64,000 bases of DNA from Pavona decussata (taxonomy: Eukaryota). Positions 61,009 to 64,000 of this stretch are shown piece after piece. The position numbers and the translations under genes were made by a program. The stretch is from assembly GCA_977016875.1 (NCBI GenBank), contig CDRNST010000018.1, positions 372,001-436,000 on the forward strand, in the 5' to 3' direction. Below the pieces are notes generated by a model. The model searched no databases, was not told the origin of the DNA, and saw only the letters and a list, made by a program, of their open reading frames with translations. Within the stretch, counting starts at the first letter, position 1, and the number at the start of each line of letters is the position of its first letter.

Positions 61009-64000
61009 TGTTATGTAATTATCCAGTTGTCAAAGGTAGTCCATTTAATTATCCAATCAATCATACCATTATATCAGGTTACAGCTTTGTACTTTAAAGA
61101 TTAAGACACGATAGAATAAATTCATTCTTCTGTCCAAACTTGTTGTCCGATCTTAACATGGTGTCAGACCTGGGATCTCTCTAAAATGGATAAATTAGAC
61201 CCTCCTGATCCACTCTCCTTCGAAGGAAATGTACGAGAAAACTGGAGAAGGTGGAAACAAGAATTTAGTTGTACCTAGTAGCAACTGAGAGTGATGGAAA
61301 ATCCGACAAGATCAAGTCATCTATTCTACTCACTTGTATTGGGAAAAGGGCGCGTGAAATTTACAACACCTTCACTTTCCCGAGTGACGAGGACAAGATG
61401 AAAGTCAGCTCGATCCTAAGCAAATTCACAGCATACTGCAATCCTCGAAAGAACACAACCTTTCTACGTTATCAGTTCTTTTCCTACAACCAACAGGATG
61501 GACAGCCTTTTGATGATTTTGTTACCGAACTAAAAAAACGTGCTGAGGAATGTGCGTTTGCCAGTCTGAAAGACTCTCTGATTACTGACAGGATCGTGTG
61601 CGGAACGACTGACAACAAACTTCGTGAGCATTACCTACGAGAAACAGATCTCAAGTTGGAGAAGGCCATTCTACTTGGTCGCGCTGCTGAGGAATCGAGA
61701 AAACATGCTTTAGAGCTTAAACATGCATCGAAACCCACTCCAGTCAACATGGTCGGCCAAGGGGCGATACCCAAGACAATCAAAGGCGCGACATCAGAGT
61801 ACTTTGCTAACTGCAAATTTTGTGGTCGTGGACATAATCGTGGAAAGTGCCCAGCATATGGAAAGACATGCAACGAGTGTGGTGCTGCCAATCATTTCGC
61901 ACAATGCTGCCCTAACAAACCCCGTAGATTTAATCCGCAACAAGCACGCAACAGGCCGATTCGTGAAGTCAATCGCCAGCCTGACATCACAGAGGATGAA
62001 TGGGAGAATTTTGTCGGTGCGATAACTGTCGAAAGCCTAACGGAAGAGAAAGATGTCAACGAAACGACTCTACACTCAAACAATCCGGAGGATGAGGAAC
62101 TCGAATGGTCTGTCGTTTTGGAATCCAATGGAACTAACATTAACTATAAGCTTGACACTGGCAGTCAAGTTAATGTTCTTCCGAAAAAGGAATGCACTAA
62201 ACTCCCCCACAAGCCTAAGCTGCATCCAGCAAAAGTGAAGCTCACCGCTTACAATGGCACTGACATACCAGTCGTCGGCAAGTGCATCGTTACTCTGAAG
62301 AACGGACATCAAGAATACAAAGTTCTCTTCATTGTGGCAGAAATGAATTCTGTGCCACTCCTAGGACTGAACACTTTCAAGAAACTCTGCCTCATTAACC
62401 GTGTAATGACTGTAGATTGTGAGAACTCTAATTTAATTAATGAGTATAGTGATTGCTTTGGTGAAATAGGTAGCTTATCTAAAGTTCACCACCTAACCAT
62501 AAATGGGAATTTCTCCCCTGTTATACAAGCGCCTAGGAAAGTTCCCTTTGCCTTGCGTGAGAAATTGAAAGATGAGCTTGACCGCATGGTGCACCTGGGC
62601 ATCATAGATAAGATCGACGGGCCTACTGATTGGGTTTCTAATCTCGTGATCGTTGAGAAACCTAATGGAAAATTGCGTGTATGCCTAGACCCTCGCGATC
62701 TCAATCAAGCGATAAAGAGGCAACATTATCAGCTGCCCACTGCCGAAGATATTCTTTCTCAAATGGCCGGTGCGAAGTATTTCTCAAAATGGGACGCGTC
62801 TTCGGGCTACTGGCAACTAAAGCTTGACAAAGAAAGTTCAAAACTGCTCGTATTTCACACACCATTTGGTCGGTATAAGTTTAAGCGCCTTCCGTTTGGC
62901 GTTAATTGCGCATCGGAAATCTTTCAAGCCGAAGTGACGGAAATCTTAGACGGATTAGAGGGATGTGCAAATGCACAAGATGACATCGTTATCTGGGGCG
63001 ACACGAAAGACATCCATGATCGGCGGCTCAAGAATGTTCTCTCAAGGATTCGCTCTTCCGGTCTCAAATTGAATAGATCGAAGTGTATCTTTGGATCTAG
63101 CCAAATAACGTATCTCGGTCAACTCTTGACCTCCGATGGCGTAAAAGCCGATCCACGGAAAGTATCAGCGATTCTCAACATGCCTGCTACGGAGAACAAG
63201 TCCGACCTTCAGAGATTTCTCGGCATGGTCACATACCTCGGAAAATTCGTGCCGAATCTTTCAGAAGTTTCTGCTCCGCTCAGAGTATTGTTGGAAAAAG
63301 ACACTGCGTGGTCTTTTGATACTCCCCAACAACAGGCATTCCAAGAATTGAAGTTGATGATAACCAACACCCCGGTCCTCAAGTAATTCGACCCGAAACT
63401 GCCAATCAAGGTATCATCTGACGCAAGCAAAAGTGGTCTCGGTGCCACTCTAGAACAAAAACATAGTGACTGCTGGTATCCAGTAGCATTTGCAAGTCGA
63501 TCAATGACCTCATTCGAAACCAACTATGCCCAAATTGAAAAAGAGATTCTCAGTATTGTTTTTGCCTGGGAGCGTTTCAATGATTTTCTCTACGGTCAGC
63601 GTTTCCTAGTCGAAAACGACCACAAGCCCTTGAAAGACATCTTTCAAAAACCAGTGCTCAAATCTCCTCCTCGAATTCAACGCTTCTTACTTCGCTTACA
63701 GAAGTACCAGTTCACGATGAATTACACTCCCGGAAAGGACATGGTGGTCGCAGACACGCTAAGTCGCGCATATCTCAGCAACACATCAACACCTGAAATT
63801 GACAACTCTGACATGACAGGCTATGTTCATTTCGTAATATCGAATCTTCCCATTAGTGATGACAAGCTTCGCGAGTTTCAGCGCGAAACCTCACGCGATC
63901 CAGCTTTACAGAAACTCCGCGAGTATACAGAAAACGGATGGCCCCAGGAGAAGACGTTGACTCTCTAGTACAACCATTCTACAAACACCGTGACGAAATC
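61009..64000 (+). mobile_element. Ty3/Gypsy LTR retrotransposon (single gag-pol frame, Mag-like), running off the window
   Basis: 5' LTR ~61009-61158 (TGTTA..TAACA; start uncertain), tRNA-Leu-like PBS TGGTGTCAGACCTGGGAT (61159-61176), two Cys/His knuckles, LDTGS protease, RT and RNase H. Confidence 0.93.
61186..63968 (+). pseudogene. gag-pol (Gag, PR, RT, RNase H) with a frameshift near 61265 and a stop at 63384-63386
   Basis: MDKLDPPDPLSFEGN start; LRVCLDPRDLN, RLPFG, AQDD, DASKSGLGA, NYAQIEKE, DHKPL, ADTLSR. Confidence 0.9.

Noticed and set aside
1-64000. U4, U5, U6 or SL RNA genes, 5S-inserted (Mutsu-like) elements, intact host genes
   Set aside because: No diagnostic motifs seen by eye; both 5S copies are uninterrupted. 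An Infernal scan would be decisive.

Overview
Eukaryotic, probably cnidarian/coral-like DNA (inferred from repeat content). I found no intact host protein gene. The window is the decayed edge of a linked U1 snRNA - 5S rRNA (antisense) - U2 snRNA tandem array with a unit of about 2.0 kb. Site-specific Tx1/L1-group non-LTR retrotransposons (zinc-knuckle ORF1; APE endonuclease + RT ORF2) have colonised it. Two lineages hit U2 in different registers around the branch-point recognition sequence. A further group hits the 5' end of U1 and forms a head-to-tail array of three elements separated by duplicated U1 nt ~4-18 (44663-60306). The U1-targeting elements show two signs of adaptation to the host RNA. 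First, the 5' ends of two of them are reverse complements of U1 nt 1-18 and would fold back over the splice-site-recognition sequence. Second, all three surviving 3' UTRs carry an ATTGCAC loop resembling the U1A-binding stem-loop II and have no AATAAA near the tail. Nested passengers are a non-autonomous LTR element expressing a Gag-MYND finger fusion via a canonical -1 frameshift signal, a Penelope-like element with inverted pLTR and minimal hammerhead, an antisense L1, a Gypsy element, two MITEs and a spliced KDZ transposase relic. Nearly all ORFs are disrupted. All alignments and folds were read by eye.
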